From: Pleomorphomonas sp. NRK KF1 | Lineage (GTDB): Bacteria > Pseudomonadota > Alphaproteobacteria > Rhizobiales > Pleomorphomonadaceae | Direction: 5' to 3' | NCBI RefSeq assembly: GCF_023721755.1 | Contig: NZ_JAMDLH010000002.1 | Span: 804,747 to 828,746, forward strand | DNA length: 24,000 nucleotides | Shown here: in pieces, positions 23,976-24,000 of the stretch | How positions within the stretch are numbered: position 1 is the first letter of the stretch | How the letters are laid out: every line of letters begins with the position of its first letter | Position numbers and translations under genes: made by a program | Notes under the pieces: model-generated | The model's database searches: none | What the model was told of the DNA's origin: nothing | What the model saw: the letters and a program-made list of their open reading frames with translations, nothing else

Positions 23976-24000
23976 CGGGCTGGCACGGCTCGATTCACGT

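Noticed and set aside
1-24000. A search by eye for CRISPR repeats, IS or transposase genes, integrases, toxin-antitoxin pairs, restriction-modification or other defence genes, and RIME/REP-type intergenic repeats.
   Set aside because: No regularly spaced direct repeats and no ORFs with transposase, integrase, nuclease or defence-type motifs were found. No intergenic sequence recurred within the window. A computational repeat search (self dot-plot) would be needed to be certain.

Overview
High-GC (roughly two-thirds G+C by eye) chromosomal window, most likely from an alphaproteobacterium of the Rhizobiales/Hyphomicrobiales type. This is judged from UPF0262, DUF2948 and the yacG-maf-infA and hisD-murA neighbourhoods. 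Content from left to right follows. (1) The 3' end of a nonribosomal peptide synthetase (NRPS) locus: a 5'-truncated gene that ends in a condensation domain, then a 1166-aa termination protein with A-T-TE architecture. Its adenylation domain is interrupted between core motifs A2 and A3 by a roughly 275-aa class I SAM-methyltransferase insertion. (2) A lower-GC spacer and tRNA-Phe(GAA), whose 3' end faces the NRPS genes. (3) A housekeeping block on the minus strand (yacG, maf, infA, LMW phosphotyrosine phosphatase, UPF0262). It is followed by htpG, a methyl-accepting chemotaxis protein and a DUF2892 membrane protein on the plus strand. Then come hisD, DUF2948, an SRPBCC/AHSA1-like protein, a GNAT acetyltransferase, murA and a small basic ORF on the minus strand. 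(4) A LacI-type regulator transcribed divergently from a carbohydrate locus. That locus encodes a short cytoplasmic GH32-like beta-propeller protein, a translationally coupled cytoplasmic beta-lactamase-fold serine hydrolase, and a CUT1-type ABC importer (binding protein, two permeases, ATPase). I see no CRISPR array, transposase, integrase, rRNA or recognisable defence system. The two parts most worth follow-up are the NRPS terminus and the GH32-like plus serine-hydrolase sugar locus. The NRPS terminus combines an a2-a3 interrupted A domain, a module split at the C|A junction, a Glu-like specificity code and adjacency to a tRNA. Many very long ORFs in the six-frame track are antisense or off-frame shadows typical of high-GC DNA and were rejected. 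All domain calls are motif recognition by eye; no database search was run.
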